Shown here: positions 1 through 9,487 of the stretch, piece by piece
Numbering within the stretch: the stretch's first letter is position 1
How the letters are laid out: every line of letters begins with the position of its first letter
From: Lysobacterales bacterium
GTDB lineage: Bacteria; Pseudomonadota; Gammaproteobacteria; Xanthomonadales; Rhodanobacteraceae
Direction: 5' to 3'
Assembly: GCA_046347015.1 (NCBI GenBank)
Contig: JAXMHA010000005.1
Span: 65,747 to 129,746 of the forward strand
DNA length: 64,000 nt
Made by a program: the position numbers and the translations under genes
Notes under the pieces: generated by a model
Seen by the model: only the letters and a program-made list of their open reading frames with translations
Told to the model about the DNA's origin: nothing
The model's database searches: none

Positions 1-398
1 GGTGACATCGCGCCCCCGTCGACGTCAACTCGCCATGGATGATCCGCGCCGTGGGCTCGCGACACGAGCGAGAATCGCGACACCGACGCGACCGATGGCA
101 ACGCCTCGCCGCGAAAACCCAGGGTGGCCACGTGTTCGAGATCGGCAAAGGACGCGATCTTGCTGGTCGCGTGCGGCGCGACCGCAAGCGTCAATTCCTC
201 GCGTGATATTCCGGAACCGTCGTCCCGCACGATGATTTCGGCAACGCCACCGCCACCAATCGAGATGTCGACGTGGCGCGATTCGGCATCGAGGCTGTTT
301 TCGACCAGTTCCTTGACGACCGACGCAGGCCGCTCGATGACTTCACCGGCGGCGATCTGGTTGACCAACTCGACGGGCAGCGACTGGATGCGGGGCAT
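1..398 (-). CDS. mutL: DNA mismatch repair protein MutL, N-terminal fragment (continues beyond the window start)
   Basis: Manual reverse translation from the ATG (complement of 396-398) gives [47 protein letters not shown]...GFRGEALPS, the GHKL-ATPase N-terminus of MutL. The frame is open to position 1, and it is absent from the ORF track because there is no stop in the window. Fits amiB-mutL synteny. Confidence 0.9.
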   Translation of the reverse strand, partial: MPRIQSLPVELVNQIAAGEVIERPASVVKELVENSLDAESRHVDISIGGGGVAEIIVRDDGSGISREELTLAVAPHATSKIASFADLEHVATLGFRGEALPSVASVSRFSLVSRAHGADHPWRVDVDGGAMS

Positions 399-451
399 GG
401 GCGCGCCCGCATTCTAACAGTGCCCCGCACGACCCGGGATCGCGCCCCGGT

Positions 452-1813
452 TCAGCCCGACGGGACCTGCAGGCCCGCATCCGCCCGGGCACGGTGATCG
501 TCGGCCAGCGAGTTTGCCGCGCGCATGGACGCCGAATCCGTACTGTCGCGCCTCGCGATCGCGCGCGACCCTTCGCCATCCACTGCCGCTTGACGTCGCA
601 CTTTCCGGCCGCGTTCCGCTTCCTCGGCAAACAACGTTCCGGGCGGTGGCGTCGCGCGGAAGTAACCGACGATGCCATCGAGGATCGCCTGGGCAAGTTC
701 CTCGCGATGGGCGGCATTGCGGAGATTGCGTTCCTCGGACGGGTTCGTGATGAACGCGGTCTCGATGAGGATCGATGGCACATCGGGGGAACGCAGCACG
801 ACGAAATTCGCGTGCTCGACGTAGCGGCGGTGCGTGGGCCCGACATTGCGCAGCGATTTCAGGACTCGCTTGGCGACCGCGTTGCTGGCTCCGATCGTCG
901 CGCCTTGCGACAGGTCGAGCAACACCGCGGCCAGCGTGTCGTCCTTGTCGTCGAGCGACACCCCGCCGACGAGGTCCGCGCGATTTTCACGGTCGGCCAG
1001 CCAGCGCGCCGCCTCACTCGTCGCACCGCGCGTCGACAGCACCCACACGGATGCGCCACGCGCGTCGCAACTGCCGGGGCACGCATCGGCGTGGATCGAA
1101 ACGAACAGGTCGGCCTTGGCTTCCCGCGCCTTGCGGTAGCGCTCCTTCAACGGCACGAAGACGTCGCCGTCGCGCGTCAATACCGCCTTCATTCCGGGTG
1201 TCGCATCGACCAACGCCGCCAGCTTGCGCGCGACGGCGAGCGTGATCGTCTTCTCGTACGTGCCATCGGAACCCTTCGCCCCGGGATCGACGCCACCATG
1301 ACCGGCGTCGATCGCGACGACCAGGTCACGCGAGCGGTCGGCGACGCTCGATGCCACGGTCTTGACGGGCGCTGATCCGCTGTTTCTTGGCGAGAACTCG
1401 ACGACCAGCCGATATCCGTCGCCACCGGTCTTGCGCTGGAGGAAGGTTTTCGGCGTCACCCCGCCGTCCATGTCGAACACGAGGCGTGCGTTCGTCTTGT
1501 CGCGCACGCCGGCGCGCAGGTCCTTGACCACGCCTCGGCCGCCATCGGGGGCGCGGAAACCACTCGCGAAGTTCGAGTCACGGAGGTCGACGACAACCCG
1601 GTCCGGATTCCCGAGCGCGAAGAGCTTGTACTCCACCGGCCCCGACAGTTCGAGGACGGCCCGGGTCGACGGCCCCTTGCCGTCGAGTCGCACCGCATCG
1701 ATGCGGGCCGCATGCGCTCCCGTCACCGCCGCCATCGGCAGAGCGATCGACAGTGCGAACGAACCCCAAGGGCGCTTGGCTCCCCACATGGGGCGTATTG
1801 AACGCCGAATCAC
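452..1813 (-). CDS. amiB: N-acetylmuramoyl-L-alanine amidase (AMIN domain + Amidase_3 domain)
   Basis: 453-aa ORF. N-terminus has a signal peptide and an AMIN-like segment (AVRLDGKGPSTRAVLELSGPVEYKLFALGNPDRVVVDL). Catalytic region is VVAIDAGHGGVDPGA...DLFVSIHADA...SILIETAFITNP. First codon at 1813 is GTG and an ATG alternative lies at 1789. Fits tsaE-amiB-mutL synteny. Confidence 0.88.
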   Translation of the reverse strand: MIRRSIRPMWGAKRPWGSFALSIALPMAAVTGAHAARIDAVRLDGKGPSTRAVLELSGPVEYKLFALGNPDRVVVDLRDSNFASGFRAPDGGRGVVKDLRAGVRDKTNARLVFDMDGGVTPKTFLQRKTGGDGYRLVVEFSPRNSGSAPVKTVASSVADRSRDLVVAIDAGHGGVDPGAKGSDGTYEKTITLAVARKLAALVDATPGMKAVLTRDGDVFVPLKERYRKAREAKADLFVSIHADACPGSCDARGASVWVLSTRGATSEAARWLADRENRADLVGGVSLDDKDDTLAAVLLDLSQGATIGASNAVAKRVLKSLRNVGPTHRRYVEHANFVVLRSPDVPSILIETAFITNPSEERNLRNAAHREELAQAILDGIVGYFRATPPPGTLFAEEAERGRKVRRQAAVDGEGSRAIARRDSTDSASMRAANSLADDHRARADAGLQVPSG

Positions 1814-1936
1814 GGGTGGATTTCAAGTATTTTCCTTGCAAATCCGTCCACTGGATCGCATTCATCAGGCTTGCGGGAGAAAGCGCCGGCAACTGACTGA
1901 ATGTGTCGAAAGCGACGCGCCCGGGCGCGCCCATCC

Positions 1937-2395
1937 CTACGCCTTCGCCAGATAGGTCAACCCAGCGGGCGTGCTGGCTGTCAAGGTGAGGTTGCGGACC
2001 GGCCCCGCGTGGTCGAGGGACAGGACGATGTCCGGCGGCGGCAAACGCCCCGCGCCACGCTCTGGCCACTCGATCAGGACCAGCGGACTGCCGGCCCAGA
2101 GATCGCCGAGCCCGAGCCAGTCGAGTTCTTCGGGTGCAGCGATCCGGTAAAGGTCGATATGGTGTGCATCGCGCCCGTCGAACCGGTACGACTCGATCAG
2201 GCTGTAGGTCGGACTCTTCACCCGTCCGACGACACCGAGCGCATGCAGCAGGGCACGCGCAAACGTCGTCTTGCCGGCGCCCAGTTCACCGACGAGGTGA
2301 ACCATGCCACCGGCGCGAGCGGGTTCCGCCAAACGCCCGGCGAAAGCCACCAGTGCGGATTCGTCAACGCCCGTCATCACGCGACGTTCGCTCAT
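1937..2395 (-). CDS. tsaE: tRNA threonylcarbamoyladenosine (t6A) biosynthesis ATPase TsaE
   Basis: 152 aa with Walker A LVGELGAGKTTFARALL and SPTYSLIESY. ATGA start/stop overlap with nnr at 2392-2395. Confidence 0.9.
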   Translation of the reverse strand: MSERRVMTGVDESALVAFAGRLAEPARAGGMVHLVGELGAGKTTFARALLHALGVVGRVKSPTYSLIESYRFDGRDAHHIDLYRIAAPEELDWLGLGDLWAGSPLVLIEWPERGAGRLPPPDIVLSLDHAGPVRNLTLTASTPAGLTYLAKA

Positions 2396-3876
2396 CGGCC
2401 GTAATCATTGACCCGTTCGCGCAACGCGGTGAAAAGATCCGACGCCAGCAGCCCGCGCGGCACACGGCCCGCGGCAAGGTCACCTGCCTGCGCGTGCAGC
2501 CCGACACCGAGGCACGCCGCGTCCCACGGGGCGAGTCCCTGCGCCCGCAATGCGGCAACCACGCCCGTCAGCACGTCACCCATGCCGGGACTCGCCATGC
2601 CCGGATTGCCCCACGGGCAAACCGCAAGCCGGCCGGCAGGATCGGCCACCAGGGTCCCGGCACCCTTCAGCACCGCGATCGCACCGGCATCCGCGGCCAG
2701 CCTGCGGACCGCCGCGAATCGGTCGCGTTGCACCGTGCGCGAGTCGCTCCCGAGCAGCCGGCCCATTTCTCCGGGATGCGGCGTCAAGATGCTGTGGCCC
2801 GGAATGGATCTTGGCGCGTGCGCCAGCAGGTTCAGCGCATCGGCGTCAATCACTGCGGGCTTCCCATTGTCGAGCGCCTCGCGCCACAACGCTTGGCCCC
2901 ACGGCGATGATCCCAGTCCCGTACCGATCGCGACGATATCCGCACGCGCCAGCAGAGGCGCGAGAGCCGCGGCTTCCTCGACCCCGTACACCATCAGTTC
3001 CGGCCGCGCGGCGAGGAGCGGCGCGACGTGGGCTTCGCGTGTCGCGACCGTGACGAGGCCGGCGCCAGTGCGCAAGGCAGCTTCCGCACAGAGTCGCGCC
3101 GCTCCTCCCATGCCGAGGTCGCCGGCGATCACCAGCACATGGCCATGGCGCGATTTGTCGGTGTTGCCGCGTCGCGGAGGTAGCAGGTCCACGATCGTCG
3201 AATCGAGGCAGGCGGCGTCGGGCAGGATGCCGTCGAAGCAGGCCTCGGGTACATCGAGGGATGCAAGTTCGAGTTCGCCGCGGACATCGAAAGCGTCGCC
3301 AGTGAACAAACCCCGCTTCCAGGCAACGAACGAAACCGTCGCCGTCGCCTCGATGCAGGATGCGGGAGCGACCCCGCGGTCGGCATCGAGCCCCGACGGC
3401 ACATCGAGCGAGAGTACCGGTACGCCGCTGGCGTTGACGGTGTCGATCAGTTGCGCAATGCCCGGTTTCGGAGGATCGCAGAGTCCGGTACCGATCAAGC
3501 CGTCGACGATGACGTCACCAACGGGCAGCGCGCCGCCGGACGATTCATGCACGCGCACACCGGCGGCCAGGGCGTGGATGCGCGCGTACTCGGCATCGTC
3601 GCGAGGGGTGCCGGCCACCGCGACCGCGTCGACTTCGAGACCCCGAGCCCGCGCGAGGGCGCCGAGCAGCATCGCATCGCCACCGTTGTTGCCGTTTCCG
3701 GCGAGCACGACGATCCGGCGCGCCGACGGCCATCGCCGCCGCAACGATGCGAACGCCGCCCCCGCCGCACGCCGCATCAACTCGACGCCCGGAATACCCG
3801 CGCCTTCGATCGCGGCATGATCGATCCGACGCACCTGAGCCACGGTGTACAGCGCCTGCAACGGTCTGGGGTTCAT
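2392..3876 (-). CDS. nnr: Bifunctional NAD(P)H-hydrate repair enzyme (epimerase / ADP-dependent dehydratase)
   Basis: 494 aa. YjeF_N motif VLAGNGNNGGDA and carbohydrate-kinase C-domain (GTGLG, GMGDVLTG). Upstream of tsaE as in enterics. Confidence 0.88.
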   Translation of the reverse strand: MNPRPLQALYTVAQVRRIDHAAIEGAGIPGVELMRRAAGAAFASLRRRWPSARRIVVLAGNGNNGGDAMLLGALARARGLEVDAVAVAGTPRDDAEYARIHALAAGVRVHESSGGALPVGDVIVDGLIGTGLCDPPKPGIAQLIDTVNASGVPVLSLDVPSGLDADRGVAPASCIEATATVSFVAWKRGLFTGDAFDVRGELELASLDVPEACFDGILPDAACLDSTIVDLLPPRRGNTDKSRHGHVLVIAGDLGMGGAARLCAEAALRTGAGLVTVATREAHVAPLLAARPELMVYGVEEAAALAPLLARADIVAIGTGLGSSPWGQALWREALDNGKPAVIDADALNLLAHAPRSIPGHSILTPHPGEMGRLLGSDSRTVQRDRFAAVRRLAADAGAIAVLKGAGTLVADPAGRLAVCPWGNPGMASPGMGDVLTGVVAALRAQGLAPWDAACLGVGLHAQAGDLAAGRVPRGLLASDLFTALRERVNDYGR

Positions 3877-3914
3877 TCGGCCATTCTATCGACGGGTGCG
3901 GGTTATGCTGGGGC

Positions 3915-5027
3915 ATGGACGCGTTGCAAGAACTTCCGGACTGGCCGTCGCTGGCGGCCATGATCCGGCGATGGGGCGTAGCCCTCGGGTTCCAGAAGGT
4001 CGGTATCACGTCGATCGAGCTTGGCGACGATGCCCGGCATCTCGCGGACTGGCTCGCTGAAGGACGCCACGGCCGGATGGCCTACATGGAGCGGCACGGC
4101 ACCAAGCGGACGCGGCCCGACGAGCTGGTTCCCGGCACCGTGAGTGTCGTCTCGGCCCGGATGAACTACCTGCCCCCGGATGCCCGCGACCCATGGCCGG
4201 TGCTGCGGGACTCCACCCGCGGCTACGTGGCGCGCTACGCGCTCGGCCGCGACTACCACAAGCTGGTGCGGATGCGCCTGCAGAAGCTTGCCGATCGCAT
4301 CGCGGCAGCGGTCGGCGCCTTCGGCTACCGGGCGTTTTCGGATTCGGCCCCGGTGCTCGAAAAAGCCATGGCGCGCAATGCCGGGCTCGGCTGGATCGGA
4401 AAGCACAGCGTACTGCTGAGCCAAGACGCCGGAAGCTGGTTCGTGCTCGGCGAACTCTATACCGACCTGCCACTGCCGGTCGACGAACCCGCCAGCGCCC
4501 ATTGCGGCACTTGCCGCCGCTGCATCGACGCCTGCCCCACCGGGGCGATCACCGCGCCCTACCGGGTCGACGCTCGCCGATGCATTTCCTACTTGACGAT
4601 CGAGCTGAAGGAAGCCATTCCCGTCGAGCTGCGTCGCCTGATCGGCAACCGCGTGTTCGGTTGCGATGACTGCCAGCTTGTATGCCCCTGGAACAAGTTT
4701 GCCCGGATCGCCGACGAAGTGACCTTTCGACCCCGGCACGGCCTCGACGACGCGCCTCTGACGGGGCTGTTCGGGTGGAGCGAATCCGAGTTCCTGTCGC
4801 GCACGGAAGGCATGGCCGTGCGTCGCGCGGGTTATGCCGGGTGGTTGCGCAACGTTGCGGTCGCGCTCGGCAACTCACCGCCATCCATGGCTGCCGTTGC
4901 TGCGCTGGAAGCCCGGCGGGACGACCCGTCACCACTCGTCCGGGAGCATGTCGCGTGGGCGCTCGCCGAACAACAGCGCAAGCGGACCTCCGGAGAAGCC
5001 TCCCCGGGAACCCCGCTGCAGAAGTGA
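3915..5027 (+). CDS. queG: Epoxyqueuosine reductase
   Basis: Internal ATG at 3915 of ORF 3747..5027 (MDALQELPDW...). 4Fe-4S motifs CGTCRRCIDACPTGAI and CDDCQLVCPWNKF. Divergent from nnr. Confidence 0.88.
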   Translation: MDALQELPDWPSLAAMIRRWGVALGFQKVGITSIELGDDARHLADWLAEGRHGRMAYMERHGTKRTRPDELVPGTVSVVSARMNYLPPDARDPWPVLRDSTRGYVARYALGRDYHKLVRMRLQKLADRIAAAVGAFGYRAFSDSAPVLEKAMARNAGLGWIGKHSVLLSQDAGSWFVLGELYTDLPLPVDEPASAHCGTCRRCIDACPTGAITAPYRVDARRCISYLTIELKEAIPVELRRLIGNRVFGCDDCQLVCPWNKFARIADEVTFRPRHGLDDAPLTGLFGWSESEFLSRTEGMAVRRAGYAGWLRNVAVALGNSPPSMAAVAALEARRDDPSPLVREHVAWALAEQQRKRTSGEASPGTPLQK

Positions 5028-5038
5028 GGCTGCCGCGA

Positions 5039-5419
5039 TCAGGCCGCCTGTGGCGGAATCGTCTGCCGGGTGTGCGTCAGGTGGTTCCGGCGGTCGACGT
5101 AGACGAGCTGCGGTTTGTGCGACCGGGCCTCCGCGGAATCGTACACGGCATATGCACAAATGATGACGACGTCGCCCGGCTGGGCCCGGTGGGCCGCCGC
5201 GCCGTTCACCGAGATGACGCCCGAACCGTCCTCGGCGCGGATCGCATAGGTCGAAAAACGCTCGCCATTGTTGACGTTGTAGATGTGGATCTGCTCGTAC
5301 TCGCGGATCCCGGACGTGTCGAGCAACAGCCCGTCGATCGCACAGGACCCCTCGTAGTGAAGTTCCGCGTGCGTGACGGTTGCCCGGTGGATCTTCGCCT
5401 TGAGCATGTTCAACTGCAT
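5039..5419 (-). CDS. panD: Aspartate 1-decarboxylase proenzyme
   Basis: [30 protein letters not shown]... with the canonical G-S self-cleavage context. The ATG at 5419 gives about 126 aa, and the upstream part of ORF 5039..5566 looks non-coding. Confidence 0.92.
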   Translation of the reverse strand: MQLNMLKAKIHRATVTHAELHYEGSCAIDGLLLDTSGIREYEQIHIYNVNNGERFSTYAIRAEDGSGVISVNGAAAHRAQPGDVVIICAYAVYDSAEARSHKPQLVYVDRRNHLTHTRQTIPPQAA

Positions 5420-5548
5420 GATCGACTCGTGTTGCACCTGCGAGACAGGTGCGATAATAGCAAGGAAGCCACGATGCTGCCCTGCAACATCGGCCTGCCA
5501 GTAGTGTCGCGAATGCAACCTTCTGAAAACCAAGCCGAAACGACGGCC

Positions 5549-5581
5549 AAAAAAAACCCTCGCCACTGTCGTGTGCGAGGG
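5549..5581 (-). terminator. Rho-independent terminator in the panC-panD spacer
   Basis: On the minus strand: CCCTCGC (5581-5575), 11-nt loop, GCGAGGG (5563-5557), then T8 (5556-5549). Confidence 0.65.
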
Positions 5582-5729
5582 TTCTCAATCGGAGTGACGA
5601 TTACCTAACAATGCGCCCTGCTGCCAAAAGAGCATCGAGTGTTGCGAAAACCCCTATGGCAGTGACGACAATACCACAAATCACGGGGCATGCAACAGAG
5701 GCCGCTGCCCTTGGCATTCACGGCCCCCG

Positions 5730-6584
5730 TCACGGGCCGATGAAGAGATTGTCAATCAGTCGAGTTCGGCCCAGGCGCGCCGCAATGAGTGCGACCAGAC
5801 CTTCGCGTTGATCCGGTGACGGAACTCCGAGGTCGTCACGTCGGCGCGCGACTGCGTAGTCGGGTTCAAAGCCCGAGTCACGCAGGCGAGCGAGCGCTTC
5901 GGCTTCGATCGCCGGGAACGGGGCACCCGCCCGCACGGCGGCTGCCATCGCGCCGAGCGTCGCATGGATCACACCCGCGCGGACCCTCTCGGAAGCGTCG
6001 AGGTACTGGTTCCGTGAACTTAGGGCGAGACCATCCGGCTCCCGCACGGTCGGCGCGCCAATGAGTTCGACCGGGAACGCCAGATCCCGCACCATGCGGT
6101 TGACAACGAGCCATTGCTGGAAATCCTTGAGGCCGAAGACCGCGATGTCCGGCTCGACGAGATGGAACAGCTTCGCCACCACCGTCGCGACACCATCGAA
6201 ATGCCCAGGCCGATGCACGCCTTCGAGGATTTCGGAGAGTTCCGGCACGTGGACCCGTACCGTCCGCTCGGGACCGAGCGGATAGATCGTCGCGACGTCG
6301 GGCAGGAACAACAGGGAACATCCGTGCGCGGCCAGCCCCGCGGCGTCCGCCTCCGGCGTCCGCGGATACCGGGCAAAATCCTCGCCGTGTCCGAACTGGG
6401 TCGGGTTGACGAACACACTCGCAACGACGCAGTCGGCGTGCCGTTGGGCGAGGTCGATCAGCGAAAAGTGACCGGCGTGCAGGTTGCCGAGCGTCGGCAC
6501 GAAGGCGATCCTTCGATGCGACTGCCGTTCGGCGCGAACGAACCCGCGCAGCTCGTCGGCTGCCCTGACCGTTTGCAGCGTCAC
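5730..6584 (-). CDS. panC: Pantoate--beta-alanine ligase
   Basis: 284 aa with FVPTLGNLHAGHFSLI (HIGH-like motif) and ALSSRNQYL. GTG start overlaps the panB stop (GTGA). Confidence 0.92.
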   Translation of the reverse strand: MTLQTVRAADELRGFVRAERQSHRRIAFVPTLGNLHAGHFSLIDLAQRHADCVVASVFVNPTQFGHGEDFARYPRTPEADAAGLAAHGCSLLFLPDVATIYPLGPERTVRVHVPELSEILEGVHRPGHFDGVATVVAKLFHLVEPDIAVFGLKDFQQWLVVNRMVRDLAFPVELIGAPTVREPDGLALSSRNQYLDASERVRAGVIHATLGAMAAAVRAGAPFPAIEAEALARLRDSGFEPDYAVARRRDDLGVPSPDQREGLVALIAARLGRTRLIDNLFIGP

Positions 6585-7402
6585 GACGCGTAGCTGTGCT
6601 CGGGGCCGGGGAATTCACCGCCACGCACGGCTGCCACGTAGTTCGACAGCGCCTGCACGACCGATCCGGTACCGGCGAGGAAGTCCTTGCTGAAGCGCGG
6701 GCGCCTGCCGGGCGTGACACCCAGCAGGTCGTAGAGGACCAGGACTTGGCCATCGCAACGCGGACCGGCGCCGATGCCGATGACGGGAATGGCGAGGTGC
6801 CCGGTGATTTCGGCGGCGAGCGGGTCCGGCACGCATTCGAGTACCAGCAGGTCCGCGCCGGCCGCCGCGACCGCACGGGCATCCTCGCGCAGCCGATTGG
6901 CTTCGTCCGCGTCCCGGCCACGGACGCGGTAGCCGCCGAACTTGTGTACCGACTGCGGCGTCAGGCCGAGATGCGCGCAGACCGGGATCCCCGACTCGGC
7001 GAGCGACGCGATCGACTCGCAAACGCGCCCCGCCCCTTCGACCTTGACCATCGCGGCACCGCCCTCCGCCATCAAACGGCCCGCTGAAGCAAGGGCCGTC
7101 GACACGTCGCGAAAGCTCAGGAACGGCATGTCCGCGATCAGCAGCGCGCGTCCGAGCCCGCGGCCGACGCATTGGCTGTGGTAGACAATGTCCTCGATCG
7201 TGACCGGGAGCGTGCTCGGCCGGCCCTGCACGACCATTCCGAGCGAATCGCCAACCAGCACGGCATCGACTCCGGCGGCGTCGGCCTGCGCCGCGAAACT
7301 GGCGTCGTACGCCGTCACCATCGCGATCTTCTGCCGCGACGCCTTCATCGCCGCGAGCGTACGGACGGTAACCGGGTTCGTCGACGTCGCGCTCGTGTTC
7401 AT
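6581..7402 (-). CDS. panB: 3-methyl-2-oxobutanoate hydroxymethyltransferase
   Basis: KIAMVTAYDASFAAQADAAGVDAVLVGDSLGMVVQG..., VKVEGA, HLGLTPQS. I chose ATG 7402 over the TTG at 7453. Confidence 0.9.
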   Translation of the reverse strand: MNTSATSTNPVTVRTLAAMKASRQKIAMVTAYDASFAAQADAAGVDAVLVGDSLGMVVQGRPSTLPVTIEDIVYHSQCVGRGLGRALLIADMPFLSFRDVSTALASAGRLMAEGGAAMVKVEGAGRVCESIASLAESGIPVCAHLGLTPQSVHKFGGYRVRGRDADEANRLREDARAVAAAGADLLVLECVPDPLAAEITGHLAIPVIGIGAGPRCDGQVLVLYDLLGVTPGRRPRFSKDFLAGTGSVVQALSNYVAAVRGGEFPGPEHSYAS

Positions 7403-7424
7403 GCGGAGCCCTCGGGGAACGGCA

Positions 7425-7943
7425 TTATCGACTCGGTGCCGGCATTTCTCCAAGACGACGGCAACCGTCCCGGCCGACGCGCTCGAGCAACGACAGCGGC
7501 GTCGCTCCGCCCGGCAACTCCAGGTCCGGAGCGAGGTCGGCCAGCGGCATCAGCACGAACACGCGTTCGGTCAACCGCGGATGCGGCACCTTGAGTCCCT
7601 GCTCGCGCACGCGACGCGTGCCGTGCAGCAGCAAGTCGAGATCGAGCGTGCGCGGACCCCAGCGATCGCCGCTGCGGCGTCGCCCGTGCCGCTCTTCGAT
7701 CGCCAGCAGAAGCTCGAGCAACGCCCGCGGGGGCCGCGACGTGTCGAACGCGGCGACGGCGTTGATGAAGTCCGGCTGGCCATCACGCCCCCACGGACGG
7801 CTGACATAGAGAGGCGAGACGACGAAATCATTGGCGTCCGGCAACGACGCCAATTCTTCGATGGCTCGCCGCACCTGCCGTTCGGGATCTTCGAGATTCG
7901 ATCCGATGCCGACGAACACGCGTTCGGGAAGGATGGCGCTCAC
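7425..7943 (-). CDS. folK: 2-amino-4-hydroxy-6-hydroxymethyldihydropteridine diphosphokinase (HPPK)
   Basis: 172 aa: VFVGIGSNLEDPERQV...GPRTLDLDLLL...LKVPHPRL. GTG start overlaps the pcnB stop (GTGA). Fits pcnB-folK synteny. Confidence 0.88.
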   Translation of the reverse strand: MSAILPERVFVGIGSNLEDPERQVRRAIEELASLPDANDFVVSPLYVSRPWGRDGQPDFINAVAAFDTSRPPRALLELLLAIEERHGRRRSGDRWGPRTLDLDLLLHGTRRVREQGLKVPHPRLTERVFVLMPLADLAPDLELPGGATPLSLLERVGRDGCRRLGEMPAPSR

Positions 7944-9286
7944 TCCGGAGCGGTCTTCGCTGCAGCCTTCCCGCCACGCCGCCGACGTCGGCGCCTGCGC
8001 ACGGAACGTGGAGGTGCCGGCGGTTGATCTGGGCCGTTCGCGAGTTCAGCCACGCGGCGAGCCAGTCCTTCCCGATCGAGCGACTGCACCTCCGTCCACC
8101 ATTGTGCGCAACCGGACAGGGCCGGCTCGGCCTGCGCGCGCAGCACCAGAAAGTCGTAGGCCGCCCGAAATCTCGGATTCGCGAGCAGTCGCATGACGCG
8201 CCGGCGCGGCCGCTGCTCGAGGACCGGTTGCAGGGCCCAGATTTCCTCGACGATGAGCGTGAAGCGCCGCGGAACCGCGACATGCGTCCGCTGTTCGGCA
8301 AGCACCCGTTCCGCCGCCGCGGCAAACGCCATCTCGCTGTCCGTGCCGGCGCTGGTGCGGTCGTCAATGCCGAGCTGGACGGCGTCCCACAACAGCGCCG
8401 CAAACAGGAATGCTGGCGTCACCGGCTTGCCGTCACGGATGCGTTCGTCGGTGCTGGCAAGTGCGCCTTCGATCAATACGCGGCACGCTTCGGCGCGCGC
8501 GCCCTCGAGTGCGCGCGCGGCACCCGGGTAAACGTGCCGCAGCAGGCCGCACTCGCGCAGCGCGCGGAAACTGGCCTGGCCGTGCCCGGTCAGAAACATC
8601 TTCAGTGATTCGTCGAACAGGCGCGCTGGCGCTGCTTCGGCGAGCAACGGACCCAGCGCGGCGAATGGCGCGGACGTGGCCGGGTCGATCCTGAACCCGA
8701 GTTTCGCCGAGAGCCGCACCGCACGCAGCATCCGTACCGGGTCCTCCCGATAGCGCTGCTCCGGATTTCCGATCAACCGCAACCGGTGCTGCTGCAGGTC
8801 CTCGATGCCACCGACATAATCGCGCACGCTGAAGTCGGCGATGTCGTAGTAGAGCGCATTGACCGTGAAATCCCGGCGCAATGCGTCCTCTTCGATCGTT
8901 CCATACACGTTGTCGCGCACCAGCCGACCGTCGACCATGTGCCGCCCGCCGCTGCCATCGTCCGCTCCGGAACGGAACGTCGCCACTTCGACGGTCTCGC
9001 GTCCGAACACGACATGCGCGAGGCGGAACCGCCGGCCGATCAACCGGCAGTTGCGGAAGAGCGAACGGACCTGCTCCGGCGTCGCATCCGTGGCTACGTC
9101 GAAGTCCTTGGGGTGGCCACCCAGCATCAGGTCCCGCACGGCACCGCCGACCAGGAACGCCTGGAATCCCGCATCATGGAGGCGGGTCAGCACGCGCAGC
9201 GCACCGATTGAAATATTCTTGCGCGAGACCGGATGATCGGCGCGCGCGACGCGGCGGAAGGTGGCGGTCACGCGCCGGGCATCCAC
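7940..9286 (-). CDS. pcnB: Poly(A) polymerase I
   Basis: FLVGGAVRDLMLGGHPKDFDVATDATPEQV, RLAHVVFG, tRNA-nucleotidyltransferase/PcnB fold. The 621-aa track ORF runs across the tRNA at 9370-9445, so the true start must be below 9370. No in-frame ATG exists there. GTG candidates are at 9286 (chosen) and 9355. Confidence 0.85.
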   Translation of the reverse strand: MDARRVTATFRRVARADHPVSRKNISIGALRVLTRLHDAGFQAFLVGGAVRDLMLGGHPKDFDVATDATPEQVRSLFRNCRLIGRRFRLAHVVFGRETVEVATFRSGADDGSGGRHMVDGRLVRDNVYGTIEEDALRRDFTVNALYYDIADFSVRDYVGGIEDLQQHRLRLIGNPEQRYREDPVRMLRAVRLSAKLGFRIDPATSAPFAALGPLLAEAAPARLFDESLKMFLTGHGQASFRALRECGLLRHVYPGAARALEGARAEACRVLIEGALASTDERIRDGKPVTPAFLFAALLWDAVQLGIDDRTSAGTDSEMAFAAAAERVLAEQRTHVAVPRRFTLIVEEIWALQPVLEQRPRRRVMRLLANPRFRAAYDFLVLRAQAEPALSGCAQWWTEVQSLDREGLARRVAELANGPDQPPAPPRSVRRRRRRRRGGKAAAKTAPE

Positions 9287-9369
9287 CGCGGGATTCCGCG
9301 CGTGGCTTCGATTGTCGCGTCCCCCGCTTCCGTTATACTTTCCGGCCCGTCGCACCTGCCAGTCAGCCC

Positions 9370-9445
9370 GCTCCCTTCGTCTAGCGGTCCAGGACGTCGC
9401 CCTCTCAAGGCGAAAACACGAGTTCGATTCTCGTAGGGAGCGCCA
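9370..9445 (+). tRNA. tRNA-Glu (anticodon CUC), CCA encoded
   Basis: Hand fold: acceptor GCTCCCT/AGGGAGC, D arm GTCT..GGAC, anticodon stem TCGCC/GGCGA with loop CTCTCAA (anticodon CTC), T arm ACGAG-TTCGATT-CTCGT, discriminator G, then CCA. Confidence 0.9.
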
Positions 9446-9487
9446 GGCCGCGACCGATCGCGCCGCACACGCCCGCCAGCCAGAACC

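Noticed and set aside
494-1375. Long ORFs antisense to recognised genes. Examples: 494..1375+, 2408..3820+, 5878..6921-, 9732..11585-, 16586..18562+, 18742..20409-, 21553..23334-, 23419..25728-, 41245..43026+, 44798..45970+, 48940..50118+, 53194..54345-, 55276..56274-, 57531..59207+.
   Set aside because: These are typical shadow ORFs of a high-GC genome. They are Arg/Pro/Ala/Gly-rich and have no recognisable motifs. Each is fully overlapped by an opposite-strand gene with a clear family signature.
5549-5661. Antiterminator/anti-antiterminator alternative fold that would make the panD leader a riboswitch.
   Set aside because: The best alternative pairing to the terminator 5' arm that I could find by eye is 4 bp. 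Evidence is insufficient, so it is reported only as a candidate needing covariance or transcript data.
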